Position numbers and translations under genes: made by a program. From Squalus acanthias (lineage: Eukaryota): DNA of 64,000 nt. Location of the stretch: positions 11,098,001-11,162,000 of the forward strand of contig CM059430.1 in assembly GCA_030390025.1 (NCBI GenBank), written 5' to 3'. The notes under the pieces are model-generated. The model did no database searches. It worked only from the letters and a program-made list of their open reading frames with translations, and was not told the DNA's origin. Shown piece by piece: positions 26,689 to 39,555 of the stretch. Each line of letters starts with the position of its first letter. Within the stretch, counting starts at the first letter, position 1.

Positions 26689-29600
26689 CTAAGTTGACAT
26701 CCATTTTGAAGTTGCAGTTGTGGAAATCTCAAATATACCATTATACCAAATGCTGTTTAGATGTATATAGTGGTATCAGATCTGCTCTCATCTCCCTCAG
26801 CTGATGCATAAACCTAAGCCAAGTTTGGTTGCAATCAGGCAAACAGGTTGCAAGTTACTGCAATATAGACAGAAATGCCGACCAATACTTCTATTTTCCT
26901 TATTGTACATCAGTTACAGAGACAAAGAGAAATCAGTTACTTCATACAGCTACCGAGTTAGCCTAGTTCAGCACTGCATATTCATGGTTGAATGTATATC
27001 TTTAAAACACTTTGAAACATATAGAAGTTGGGTGATATCAAGGCAACCATCAAAATCTGTCCAGCAGCTGGCATTATGACAGATGTGTGAGTACTAGAAG
27101 TGACCTCCTCGTGTAATATGTCTGTGAGTGTGTTTTCAACGGGAAACTGCACCCCCTCCCGCCGCCCCCCCGTCCCCCCCCCAACAACCATTACGCAATG
27201 GGAAAACTCAGGTTTGAACAACATTAACAGGAGATGCTTGTGGTCTTTCAGTGATCAGGGAGGGCAGGCCTGTTTAGGAAGATCTGGGAGGAAGTGGAAA
27301 AAGAACCAGGAGTGGGAGGCCCTGAGATATCATTAAAGGAGATTGATACTCAGGATATATAGTGATTGTAAAAGTCTATCTCGGGACCTTCTAATGAGGC
27401 AGAAGCAATAGGTTCCTGTGCAGATCATGTGGAAGAGCAGCCCTTTTCACACAAGGACAATAAGTTTGTTCTCAGTTTGCTTTGCATATGTGTTAAACTC
27501 TATACAGAAAGCTGGTTCACCTCTGCAAAACCTCTTCACTGTAATTTTTATGCTATGCACAACAAATAAAAAAGCAATTCAGAACTAAAGGATTAAAAAT
27601 CATTACTCAGTGAAAGTGGATCATCAAGGCAAAACTTCTGTTGTTGATTTTATCATCGGAATAATTATTGTCACTCTATACTTATGCTTCAAAAGTTATA
27701 TGACACAGTTTAAATTTTGCATAATTAAGAAATAAATTTAATGGACCATAAGTAATTATTTTCATATTTTACTTCAAAGTTTTGAACTTATTCGTGTTTC
27801 TAAAATTCCATCCCAGCATCTCTTCAATAGGGTGTAACACATCATCCATTCGAGTAGGATTAATATTAGAGAGATAAAAATATTGTGGCTCATGCGAAAT
27901 GATTTATCTTTTGTTTGCCTTCAGCAATAAAGACACCACCCACACAACCTATTTACTGAGCTGCTAGAGTTCAGCTTTCTGAAAGTGTTCATTTACAACA
28001 TTTATGATGGGAAAATTAAACATTGTGTGGAAAAAAATTGTGGCAACTCATATTTATGAATAGGGACCTAATATCTGTTTGTTAAGTAGATATAAGCCTT
28101 CATTATCACAGTGTTACTTCAGACCGCCTAGTGTTTAACCTTTGTACTCTTGTTTCTATATTGAGTGCAAAGCAAATTGGACTGTACAGGTTTGAGGTAA
28201 TAGTGAAAGTTCTAGATTGTGTGTCAAGTATTTAACAAATTGTTGCCAGAAATAGCTAAAACCTATCGCCTCATTTGACCCTTAAATCAGATTCAAAAGA
28301 TGTAATTTAGAATACAAAATTACATCATATATTTAGACCAACCAACTCATTAGTGATTGACTGGTTTGTTTTTTTTACCATCTGGCCTGGTACCACTCTG
28401 CCACTGTAAAAGGATATCATATTTAATAAAAAAACTAATTCAGAGTGAGCTAAGGTTGTAATCAACTCAAGGAGTTCAAATGATATCATAAACTATGAGA
28501 GCAAAGCCCAAGTAGTATGTGAATGTCAACTGAAAACTCAGATTGCATTACCACTCTTATCCCCCACACAAACATAATCTGAAGACATTTTTTTTTAAAG
28601 TTAACTTTCCATCTATTACATGCCGGGCATCAGCATAGCTGTGAGGTTTAGTCAACATGATGTAAGAGAAAGAATATCAGAGTTGGTCGGATCATCGTGA
28701 AGTAAACTGCACCACGTGACAAGTACTTTAGTGCAACCAAGTCCTTTCAAGGCCACACAACTTGGTATTATAAATCAATTCTGGGTTAAATTCATGTTGC
28801 ATGATGCTAGCACATTAACGTGTGGGTATGAAATTTCACCGTCTGATATTTTAACAAAAGACTGTTAAAATAAATGGCTTTTGGCCTTTGTTAAAACAGA
28901 GGAATTTTATACAGTGTGATTTCACCCTACTAGCGTTAAAATCCTAAATTCTTTACTTCCATATAAAAACAATGACATTGAAATTGCTTTGGGGCACAAA
29001 AAATGGTTGATCTCATAATATTTAAAGGTTGCTGTAAAGATTTTCCCATGTATGTATAGCTGTCATTCCATAAAAAGTATAGAATGAGGAAAGGTCATTT
29101 GGTCTATCAGGCCCATTCCTTCTAATAGGCCTATCAATTAAAACAGAATTTACTCAATTGAATTTCCTGAGGGAGATGAATAATTACAGGTAAATGTTTC
29201 AAGGATACAATCTCCCCATGGTAATGTAACAAAACTCCAGAAAATGAATCTGAAATTATTTCCACAGTAATTAACCCTGACCGACTGTATTCCACGGGCA
29301 ACACCTACATAGTCTGGAGAACTGGAGTTATATTATCGATAACATATGTGATCATTTCCATCCATCCATGCTTATCCTTCAAATTTCACTCACATTAACT
29401 GGATATTCATCCCGCTATTGTTTTAAGGATTTCGAGTATTAACTGTTTTTGTTGGGAGTTGATTCCACATAATTACTCCTCCGTGCGGAAAAATCTTCTC
29501 ATTCCTATTTTTCGCTGTTCAATAAAAAATAAGAGAACTGCTCTATTTCTATTCTTAATTTACAACACAGCAACAAAATTGTTGGACTGTGCAGTTTTGA

Positions 29601-29887
29601 AACCTGCAATTCCTGTGAGTGCTATTTCATTAATGGAAACGAAAAACTAGCAGTCAGTCATGTTGCACCTGCAACAGTGATCCTTCAGCACATGTCAAGT
29701 GTTGATCCAGCAGTGAATTGCATGGTTTTGGAGAAAAATAGTTCAATGAAATCCTCGGAAGAAACATGGAGAAACATAAGCACATTTTCATGGGTAAGGA
29801 TGGCCCCCCCAGGTATGCAAAGGAGTTAACAAACAAGGCAATATGTTACTGAAATGGCCAAGCAAGAGAGAGGTTCAGAACAAATAA

Positions 29888-30292
29888 AAGAAAGAAAGAC
29901 TTGCACTTATATACTGCCTTTCATGACCATAGGATGTCCCATTACAGCCAATGAAGTACTTTTGAAGTGTAGTCACTGTTGTAATGTAGGAAATGTGGCA
30001 TTCAATTTGCGCACAGCAAGGTCCCACAAACAGCAATGTGATAATGACCAGATAATCTGTTTTTGTAATGTTGATTGAGGGATAAATATTGGCCAGGACA
30101 GCTGGGATAACTCTCCTGCTCTTCTTCGAAATAGTGCCATGGGATCTTTTACGCCCACCTGAGAGAGCAGACAGGCCTCTGTTTAATGTCTCATCCAAAA
30201 GACTGCACCTCTGACAGTGCAGCACTCTCTCAGCACTGCAGTACCAGCTTAGATTTTTATGCTCAGTCTCTGGCATAGGACTATGAACCCAC

Positions 30293-30323
<31 letters not shown>

Positions 30324-30342
30324 AACTGAGCCATGGCTGACA
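29888..30342 (-). mobile_element. DeuSINE (SacSINE1-like), full length
   Basis: Collinear with 26243-26688. Confidence 0.85.
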
Positions 30343-31056
30343 CGGTTAACTTAAAGTGCATGACTTGAAGTACAGCACCAAGGTAAGCAATAAATATTAC
30401 TGTAGAGTAATTGTATTGGACAGTTATGGACATGGCGGTAAGAAATATTTGAAAAGATATGTGGAAATGAAATAGCAGAAGTGAAATTGTTGGGTTATGC
30501 AAATTATCTGATACATGCATGATGGGGCACAGAATGTACTGCTGGAGAGAACTTCCATGAGCCAGATCAGCTTGCCTCAATCCCCACTAATCTTATGTTC
30601 AAAGGCTAAAGGCGGAAGATTTAAGCGTTATCTATCTGTTCCCAGAAAGGGTAGTCGAGATTATAGACTTCTAATGCATCTGCATTAGTTTTGAAATGTG
30701 CTCCAATACAATTCTGCTTCACAGAATGAACTAACTGCTGATCGTTCTGGGTGACGTATCACACACATAAACTACATGTAAACAAATGGCAAAGTTACCA
30801 CACTGCTGAGGTTATGCTAAAGCATTGGCTCAAAGATTGTCTTGATAACTATACAAATGCTGTGTATCGGGTCTGAATGTTGACTGCTGAGCAACAACAA
30901 TGGCAATTAAATTATCTGGATTAATGCAGAGTGAGTTGTGGAAGTGCATTAATAAAGTTTTAACATAACCTAAAATATGTTAAGTGACTCTGAGTATTTT
31001 GTTCTAGTACACTGAATTTGGGAAAATATAACTTTAAGGGCCCTTATAATCTCCAA

Positions 31057-31947
31057 GGGGGAAAAATTCAGTATCGCCCCGTTTGGGGCGCAATTATCGG
31101 CCGGGCGCAAAGATTAGCGCCTGGCGCTAATTATTGCCTCTGACTGCAAACTTGACTTTTATCGCCCCTGGAGGTGATTGGAGCGCTAAATCAGGCGCTA
31201 CACATCTGTCTTAAGGCGCAAAGGCTGAGGAGCGAGGCGCTAACTCAGAGCGCTGGCGAAGCTCATGAGATGTCAGTCAGCAATGGAACACACACACAAT
31301 GGCGCGGGCCAGTTCTTAAAGGGGAGGGTTGATCTTGCTTTCCATCCACATCCTGCTCATTGCAGCCTTGAATCTCGGCCTGGAGAGACCTGTACATCAA
31401 ATCTGCTGGAAAGAACAATGGAGAGGCCCAGGGAAAGAGCTTAGAGTGCAGCCCCCACACTCTCTTCTAAATCGATACAAGGAAGGGCAAATCAAAATGA
31501 ACCTGCAAAGTGCTGCTCAGTACCCAAAACTCCTTCACACAGCGTTGAATCTCTCCAGAAGTCTCTCTCTCTCTCTCAGAAAGCGTGGTTCAAAAATGTC
31601 GCCAACAAAAAAAGGCAGGAAGCGGTCGCCTTTAAATAGCGTTCCCCCATCCCCTTCCTGACTGCAAAACACTCCCCTCAACCTGTCGTTGCTAGCGGCA
31701 GGCGGTAAGGCAGGGGGCGCCACTCAATATCCGCTCCGGGGCGCTACCGGGGCGTTGCGCACTCGACTGACGTCATGATCTGCCAGCGCAGGGGATCGTG
31801 GCGGTACTGTTTAGCGCTGCCGCAAAATGTCTAGTTAATTTCGCGAGCGGCGCAAACATCGCCACGCCCGGGCGCTAGTTGCTTTGCGCCTCATTAGCGG
31901 CCTCTTAAGGCGCTAACGGGAGGCGCAACCAACTGAATTTTCCCCCC
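31057..31947. mobile_element. GC-rich Harbinger-like non-autonomous element, family C (891 bp)
   Basis: TIR GGGGGAAAAATTCAGT / ACTGAATTTTCCCCCC; 3-bp TSD CAA/CAA; many GGCGC repeats. Confidence 0.75.
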
Positions 31948-33380
31948 CAAAGGCCTTAAGCACAGCATGTTTTTAAAATACTTTAAATAGTTTTACTTTT
32001 TATATAGTACAGCATCTAATGCACCTTTTATCCTGTTTCCCAATTCTACAAAGCAGTTTGATCCAATATTTATGCACTCCATAGAACTACAGCATCTAGG
32101 TGATGAAACAGGATGAGGTATTAAGCAAAAGCACCTTCAGATTTACAACATTCAGAGTTTTTATTTTTATCTCAGCATGTAAATTTACAAGGCCAGTTAT
32201 CAAACTATCGGTAGAATTTTTTTAATTTGTGAAGAATCCAATGATTGCCAGTGCATTTAAGAAAGCTGAGAATTCTAGGAACATGGGAAGGTACAGGACT
32301 GGAAAAGATCATTGCAATGTTATATAAAAGTTAACATGAATAAACTATACAACCAACAGCTTGATATAACAAAAGTCATGTGGATGAAGCTCAGTGTGAT
32401 GTGATTGGCCCAAACAGATATGTTGTGGGCATTCCCAATACCAGTGCTTGAAGAATCGAGCACTTGCGTTTATTTAAAAGATAGCCAGTCTTATTAGAGC
32501 CTTAGGACTGAACATCAACTGCCCTAACATATCTCTATTAGCCAACATTATTCTCTTCAGTCAATCTGTCAACGCTATGCTTACCCTGAAGGAGACTGCA
32601 ACAGGTGCTTTATACTTCTGTCACACACAGCTCCCGTAATCAGTCTGCCCATATGACTTGATGGTGAGTATCCCATCAGTCAGCTGAGACTGTTAATGCC
32701 GCAGTAACTGTTAAAACTCTTTCCAGAGGTGCCTTGATCCTGTATCTGCATGTCCCAAAGGGAAGTCATGCTTGGGTCAGGAATTGCGTAGATATACAAC
32801 TAGTAAGGCTGTCAGTGGTGGCATGTAGGTATAAACAGGGCAAACACACACATTTCTTTCTGGCTGTTATACAGGATGTGATGTGCCTTTGTGTAATTTC
32901 ATACATCAGTTTCATATCTTGACTTAGATATAATCAAATGCTAAATGGCAGTAAACATTGCAAAACTGACTTTCAACTTGGATTTAGATGTAATTGCAGC
33001 TATCGCCCCGACATAAATGTTCTGAACCATATGCTTTTGTTTCGCCCAAACTCAAACTATGCTGTCCTATATGCTTTTCTTCTGCCCTGCATCCTCACTT
33101 TGTTCAAGCCAAGATGTTTTGTATCATCTCATATTACTCCTAGTTGTTCCTAGGACCTCAAAGCTGTGGAAATCCTAAAACTCCCTCAATTTCCCTTCAA
33201 ACTACAATTGGTTTTTAATCCTGATGTTTCTCCCAGTCACTACCTCTTGACTTACCTTGTCTTCTTTCCTACTCTTCACATTTTGTGCTGTTCCAACAAT
33301 GTGACCCCCTCACCTAGAATTCTCAATAATAAAACAACCAGATGTGTCAGGGCTGAGGCTTTTATTCGATCAGCATAGTT

Positions 33381-34418
33381 ATAAGAACACAAGAACATAA
33401 GAAATAGGAGCAGGAGTAGGCCATTCGGCCCTTCGAGTCTGCTCCGTCATTCAATCAGATCATGGCTGATCTTCTACCTCAACTCCATCTTCCCGCACTA
33501 TTCCCATATCCCTTGGTTCCCTTAGTATCCAAAAATCTATCGATCTCTGTCTTGAATATATTCAAAGAATGAGCATCTACAGCCCTCTGTGGTAGAGAAT
33601 TCCAAAGATTCACAACCCTTTGAGTGAAGAAATTTCACCTCATCTCAGTCCTAAATGGCTGACCCCTTATTCTGAGACTGTGACCCCTAGTTCTAGACTC
33701 CCCAGCCAGAGGAAACATCCTCCCAGCATGTACCCTGTCAAGCCCCTTAAGAATTTTATACATTTCAGTGAGATCACCTTTCATTCTACTAAACTCTAGG
33801 GAATATGGAATAAAAACAGAAAATGCTGGAAATACTCAGCAGATCAGGCTGAATCTGTGGAGCGAGAAACAAGAGTTAACGTTTCAGGTCGATGACCTTT
33901 CATTATAACTGAACTACGGAATATAGGCCTAGTTTACTCAATTTCTCCTCATAGGACAATCGCCCCATCCCAGCAATCAGTCTAGTGAACCTTTGTTGCA
34001 ATCCCTCTAAGGCAAGTATATCCTTCCTTAGGTAAGGAGACCAACTGTACACATACTCCAGGAGTGGTCTCACCTAGGCCCTATATAATTGCAGTAAGAC
34101 TTCCTTACTCTTATACTCCAATCCTTTTGTAATAAAGGCTAACATACCATTTGCTTTCTTAATTGCTTGCTGTACCTGTATGTTAACTTTCTACGATTTG
34201 TGTACAAGGACACCCAGATCCCTCTAAATACCAACATTTCCCAATCTCTCACCATTTAAGAAATATTCTGCTTTTCTATTTTTCCTACCTAAGTGGATAA
34301 CTTCATATTTCTCCACATTAAATTCCATCTGCCATGTTCTTGCCCAGTCACTTAACCTATCTACAGTATATCCCTTTGCAGCCTTTTTGCGTCCTCTTCA
34401 CAACTTACTTTCCCACTC
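33381..34418 (-). mobile_element. CR1 LINE 3' portion with nested Penelope fragment
   Basis: (AAGAACAT)n tail and hairpin; collinear with the 47870-48660 CR1. Confidence 0.9.
33807..33917 (-). mobile_element. Penelope-like terminal fragment with mutated hammerhead core
   Basis: 7-bp TSD GGAATAT; minus strand reads AGTT-ATAATGA-AAGGTCATCGACCT-GAAACGTTAACTC. Confidence 0.8.
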
Positions 34419-34569
34419 TCATAATAAGATGTAATCATTTGTAACAGAGCTGATGGGCTCTTTGTTTTGACTCCTTTCCAACAACTCAATCTGAATAATT
34501 TACTGGGACCCTTTCTTTTGCCTTGCATGCCAGGGAGCAGCTAGCATGTGTCCTTGTTTTTTATTGTCT

Positions 34570-34805
34570 GGTTGATTGCCAAAAATGCAGGGTGCAATTG
34601 ATAGCATGCATGTGGCTCTGAGAGCTCAAACAGATGTGCCCTTTATCATTGTGTGCGATCACCAGCACAGGATTATGCAACTGAATGCAAGGTTCCCTGG
34701 AAGCCCACACAATGTTTTTACCCTTCACCAATCCACCATTCCATGATTCTGGAGGGAGAGCAAGGATCCAGGGGCTGGCTGCAAGGGAACCATGGCTACC
34801 CTGAT
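34570..34805 (+). pseudogene. PIF/Harbinger DDE transposase fragment (HARBI1-like)
   Basis: Manual translation from 34585: MQGAIDSMHVAL...VCDHQHRIMQLNARFPGSPHNVFTLHQSTIP*, then after a frameshift GWLQGNHGYP. Matches the GAIDCTH / VCD / PGS.HD / GD.GYP motifs. Confidence 0.75.
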
Positions 34806-35618
34806 TCACCAAGATCACTATCTGCAGCAGATGAGCAGGGAATGGCCTACTCCTGTTCCTATGTTCCTATGATCCTCCACGGTAGGAAGCAGTTTATCTA
34901 GCAACCCATCCTAATTCCAAGACTTGGCACGCAGCAGCCCAGTTACATCCACTCGGGGGAGATTTAGATAGTGAGTATGAAAGGTGCACTGAGATGGAAT
35001 CACTGAGCACTGGAGAGCAGGAACAAGACGAGCAGCAAGGGAAAGAGGTGGCCCTGGCTTCTGCTCCATGATTACAAGTATGCAGGAGTCCACATCATAC
35101 ATTTGTGAAGTGATGATGCATGATATAGAAAGGATAGTCAACATGGCTTTGTCAGGGGGAGATCATGTCTGACCAATTTGATTGAATTTTTTGAGGGGGT
35201 GACTAGGTGTGTGGATGAGGGCAGTGCAGTTGATGTGGTCTACATGGACTTCAGTAAGGCTTTTGACAAAGTCCCGCATGGAAGACTGGTCAAGAAGGTA
35301 AGAGCTCATGGGATCCAGGGCAACTGGGCACATTGGATCCAAAATTGGCTTAGTGGCAGGAGGCAGACGGTGATGGTCGAAGGTTGTTTTTGTGACTGGA
35401 AGCCTGTGTCCAGTGGTGTACCGCAGGGATCGGTGCTGGGTCCTTTGCTGTTTGTAGTGTACATTAATGATTTAGATATGAATGTAGGAGGTATGATCAG
35501 TAAGTTCGCAGATGACACAAAAATTGGTGGGGTGGTAAATAGCGAGGAGGGAAGCCTCAGGCTACAGGACGATATAGACGGGTTGGTCAGATGGGCAGAA
35601 CAGTGGCAAATGGAATTT

Positions 35619-38600
35619 AAGAACATAAGAACATAAGAAATAGGAGCAGGAGTAGGCCAATTGGCCCCTCGAGCCTGCTCCGCCATTCAACAAGATCATG
35701 GCTGATCTGATCCTAACCTCAAATCTAAAGAACACAAGAAGTAGGAGCAGGACCCGGCCACTCAGCCCCTGGGCCCGCTCTGCCACCCACAGGGCCTTGA
35801 CCAATCCGAACTCAGCCTCATGTCCAATTTCCTGCCCGCTCCCCATAACCCCTAATTCCCTTTACTTCTAGGAAACTGTCTATTTCTGTTTTAAATTTAT
35901 TTAATGATGTAGCTTCCACAGCTTCCTGGGGCAGCAAATTCCACAGACCTACTACCCTCTGAGTGAAGAAGTTTCTCCTCATCTCAGTTTTGAAAGAGCA
36001 GCCCCTTATTCTAAGATTATGCCCCCTAGTTCTACTTTCACCCATCCTTGGGAACATCCTTACCGCATCCACCCGATCAAGCCTCTTCACAATCTTATAT
36101 GTTTCAATAAGATCGCCTCTCATTCTTCTGAACTCCAATGAGTAGAGTCCCAATCTACTCAACCTCTCCTCATATGTCCACCCCCTCATCCCCGGGATTA
36201 ACCGAGTGAACCTTCTTTGTACTGCCTCGAGAGCAAGTATGTCTTTTCTTAAGTATGGACACCAAAACTGTATGCAGTATTCCAGGTGCGGTCTCACCAA
36301 TACCTTATATAACTGCAGCAATACCTCCCTGTTTTTATAATCTATCCCCCTAGCAATAAAAGCCAACATTCCGTTGGCCTTCTTGATCACCTGCTGCACC
36401 TGCATACTAACTTTTTGATTTTCTTGCACTAGGACCCCCAGATCCCTTTGTACTGCTGTACTTTCCAGTTTCTCGCCATTAAGATATTGGCCCAGAAATT
36501 TGACTCGGAGGCTTGCCGCGGGGGTAAGGATTGCGCGCGATATCACACTCCGCGCCGGCCGTTGTGTTTTGGGCCCACAGGAACTTCGGGTCCTGGGCCT
36601 CTCCCTGGTGCCGGCGCGCAGTGTGTGCGTGTCCCAGGGGCGCAGTTAGTGCGATGCGACCTCTGGGATCACGTGGGCCATGGAGAGCCAATGGCAGCAG
36701 ACTATCTTTCATTCATAGATTTGACAGGAGACATGTCAAATCTGTGAATTGAAAGAGACCCCAAAAGAACAGCTAAACCTCAAATAAATTTTTTAAAAAA
36801 CCATTACATTAATAAAATAACTATAGTTAAATAAATTAACCACTTTAAACAAAAATTTAAATTTTTGAAAAAATTTTTTTTTTTTTAAAAGTTATAAAAA
36901 TAAACTTACCTTTCTTTAAAGTCTCTAAAAAAGATAAACCTGTTGAAAAAAATTAAAAATTATACTTAATTAACTACTTACCTTGTTCAAAAGGGGTCTT
37001 ACGCCTCCTTTTTACATGTGTAAAATCTTCCATACTTACCCTCGCGTTGAAACCTGAAAAAAAACCTAAGTGTGCTGCGTGCGCACAGCCTCTAGTGCGC
37101 ACACGGTTCACCTAGGAACCGCCCCCTTTGCCATACCGGAAGTGCCGGTTTCCCGCGCATGCGCAGTGCATGCAGGAAACCGGCACTTCGCGATCTAATA
37201 CGGGTGAGTACACAATGCGTACTCTCCCGTATTAGGCCGAATTTTGGGGCCAATAATTTGCTCTCTGATTTTTCCTGCCAAAGTGCATAACGTCACATTT
37301 TCCAATATTGTATTGCATCTGCCAAATCTCCGCCCACTCACCCAGCCTGTCTATATCCCCTTGTAGGTTTTTTATGTCCTCCTCACTTTCTACTTTCCCT
37401 CCCATCTTTGTATCATCTGTAAACCTTGATATGTTACACTCGGTCCCCTCCTCCAAATCGTTAATATAGATTATAAAGAGTTGGGGACCCAGCACCGACC
37501 CCTGCAGAACACCACTGGCTACTGGTTGCCAGTCCGAGAATGAACCATTTATCCCAACTCTCTGCTTCCTGTTAGATAACCAATCCTCCACCCATGCCAG
37601 AATATTACCCCCAATCCAGTGATTTTTTATTTTGAGCAATAATCTTTTATGTGGCACCTTGTCGAATGCCTTCTGGAAGTCTAAATACACTACATCCACT
37701 GGTTCCCCTTTATCCACCCTCTACGTTATGTCCTCAAAGAACTCAAGCAAATTTGTCAGACATGACTTCCCCTTCATAAAGCCATGCTGCCTTTGTCCTA
37801 TTAAATTATGTTTATCTAAATGTTCCGTTACTGTCTCCTTAATAATAGACTCTAAAATTTTACCCACCACAGATGTTAAGCTAACTGGTCTATAATTTCC
37901 AGCCTTCTGCCTACTACCCTTTTTAAATAAGGGTGTTACATTAGCAGTTTTCCAATCTGCCGGGACCTTTGCTGAGTCCAGGGAATTTTGCAAAATTATT
38001 ACCAAAGCATCCACAATCCCAACTGCCACTTCCCTCAAGACCCTAGGATGTAAGCCATCAGGTCCAGGGGATTTATCCGCCTTGAGTCCCCTTATTTTAC
38101 TGAGTACCAATTCCTAGTGATTTTAATCGTATTTAGCTCCTCCCCCCCTAGAGCCCCCTGTTTGTCCAGTGTTGGGATATTCTTAGTGTCCTCTCCCGTA
38201 AAGACTGAAACAAAATATTTGTTCAGCATTTTTGCCATCTCCATGTTTCCCACCATTAATTTCCGGTCTCATCCTCTAAGGGACCTATGTTTGCCTTAGC
38301 CACCCTTTTTCTTTTTATATAACTATAGAAACTCTTGCTATCTGTTTTTATATTTTTTGCTAATTTATTTTCATAATCTATCTTCCCTTTCTGAATCAAT
38401 CCTTTAGTTACTTTTTGCTGTCTTTTGAAGACTTCCCAATCTTCTATCCTCCCACTAAGTTTGGCTACCTTATATGTCCTTGTTTTTAGTCGGATACTAT
38501 CCTTAATTTCTTTACTTAGCCAAGGATGGCTGTCATTTCTTTTACACCCTTTTTTCCTCAGTGGAATATATTTTTTTGAAAGTTGTAAAATAACTCCTTA

Positions 38601-39555
38601 AATAAACACCACTGCTCATGTACCGTCTTACCCTTTAATCTATTTTCCCAGTCCACTTTAATCAATTCCGCTCTCATACCATCATAGTCTCCTTTATTCA
38701 AGCTCAGTACGCTTGTTTGAGAACCAACCTTCTCACCCTCTAATTGGATATGGAATTCAACCATGTTATAGTCACTCATTCCAAGGGGATCCTTAACTCG
38801 GACATTATTAATTAATCCTGACTCATTACACTGGACCAGGTCCAAGGTTGCTTGCCCCCTTGTAGGATCAGTTACATACTGCTCAAGAAATCCATCCCTA
38901 ATACACTCAATAAACTCTTCCTCAAGGCTGCCCTGCCCAATTTGATTTGTCCAGTTAATATGATAGTTAAAATCCCCCATAATTATAGCTGTTCCCTTAT
39001 TACATGCCCCAACTATTTCCTGATTAATACTTCTTCCAGCAGAGTTGCAACTATTAGGAGGCCTATATACTACTCCCACTAGTGTTTTTTTCCCCTTATT
39101 ATTCCTTATCTCCGCCCAAACTGTTTCATTATCCTGATCCTTTGACCCAATATAATTTCTCTGTATTACAGTGATTCCTTCCTTTATTAATATAGCCACC
39201 CCACCCCCCTTCCTTCCTGCCTGTCCTTCCTGATTGTTAAATACCCTGGCATATTTAATTCCCAGTCGTTGTCACCCTGCAGCCATGTTTCTGTAATGGC
39301 CACAAGATCATACCCATACGTAGTTATTTGTGCCGTTAACGCGTCCATTTTGTTACGAATGCTACGTGCATTCAGATAAAGAACTTTCAAATATGTTTTG
39401 TGACACTTAGTTCCTGCTTTTTCCTTTTTTAACACTTTACCTTTTACTCCATACCTTCTGTCCCTTCCTGACACGCTTTCCTCTGTCTCCCTGCTCAGGT
39501 GCCCAACCCCCTGCCACTTTAGTTTAAACCCTCCCCTGCCACTTTAGTTTAAACC
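35619..39555 (-). mobile_element. Long CR1 LINE (endonuclease + RT + 3' UTR), frameshifted, nested in the plus-strand CR1
   Basis: LYLNARSIRNK, AITETWL, GVVYRPPNS, MGDFN, KSPGPDG, YRPVSLTS, DFQKAFDKVPH, FTDDTK motifs. Confidence 0.92.
36489..37251. mobile_element. Harbinger-like non-autonomous element, family A, copy 2 (763 bp)
   Basis: GGCCCAGAAATT ... AATTTTGGGGCC; interrupts CR1 ORF2 at NY|YLNGE; flanks ATT/AAT. Confidence 0.85.

Noticed and set aside
28780-28930. Imperfect inverted repeats, possible old MITE
   Set aside because: Too degenerate to define TIR or TSD.
36448-36752. Similar ORFs repeated at 45042-45472
   Set aside because: By-products of the GC-rich arm of family A; not preserved in copy 1.
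35818-39474. RT/endonuclease ORFs as active genes
   Set aside because: Broken by frameshifts, stops and insertions.
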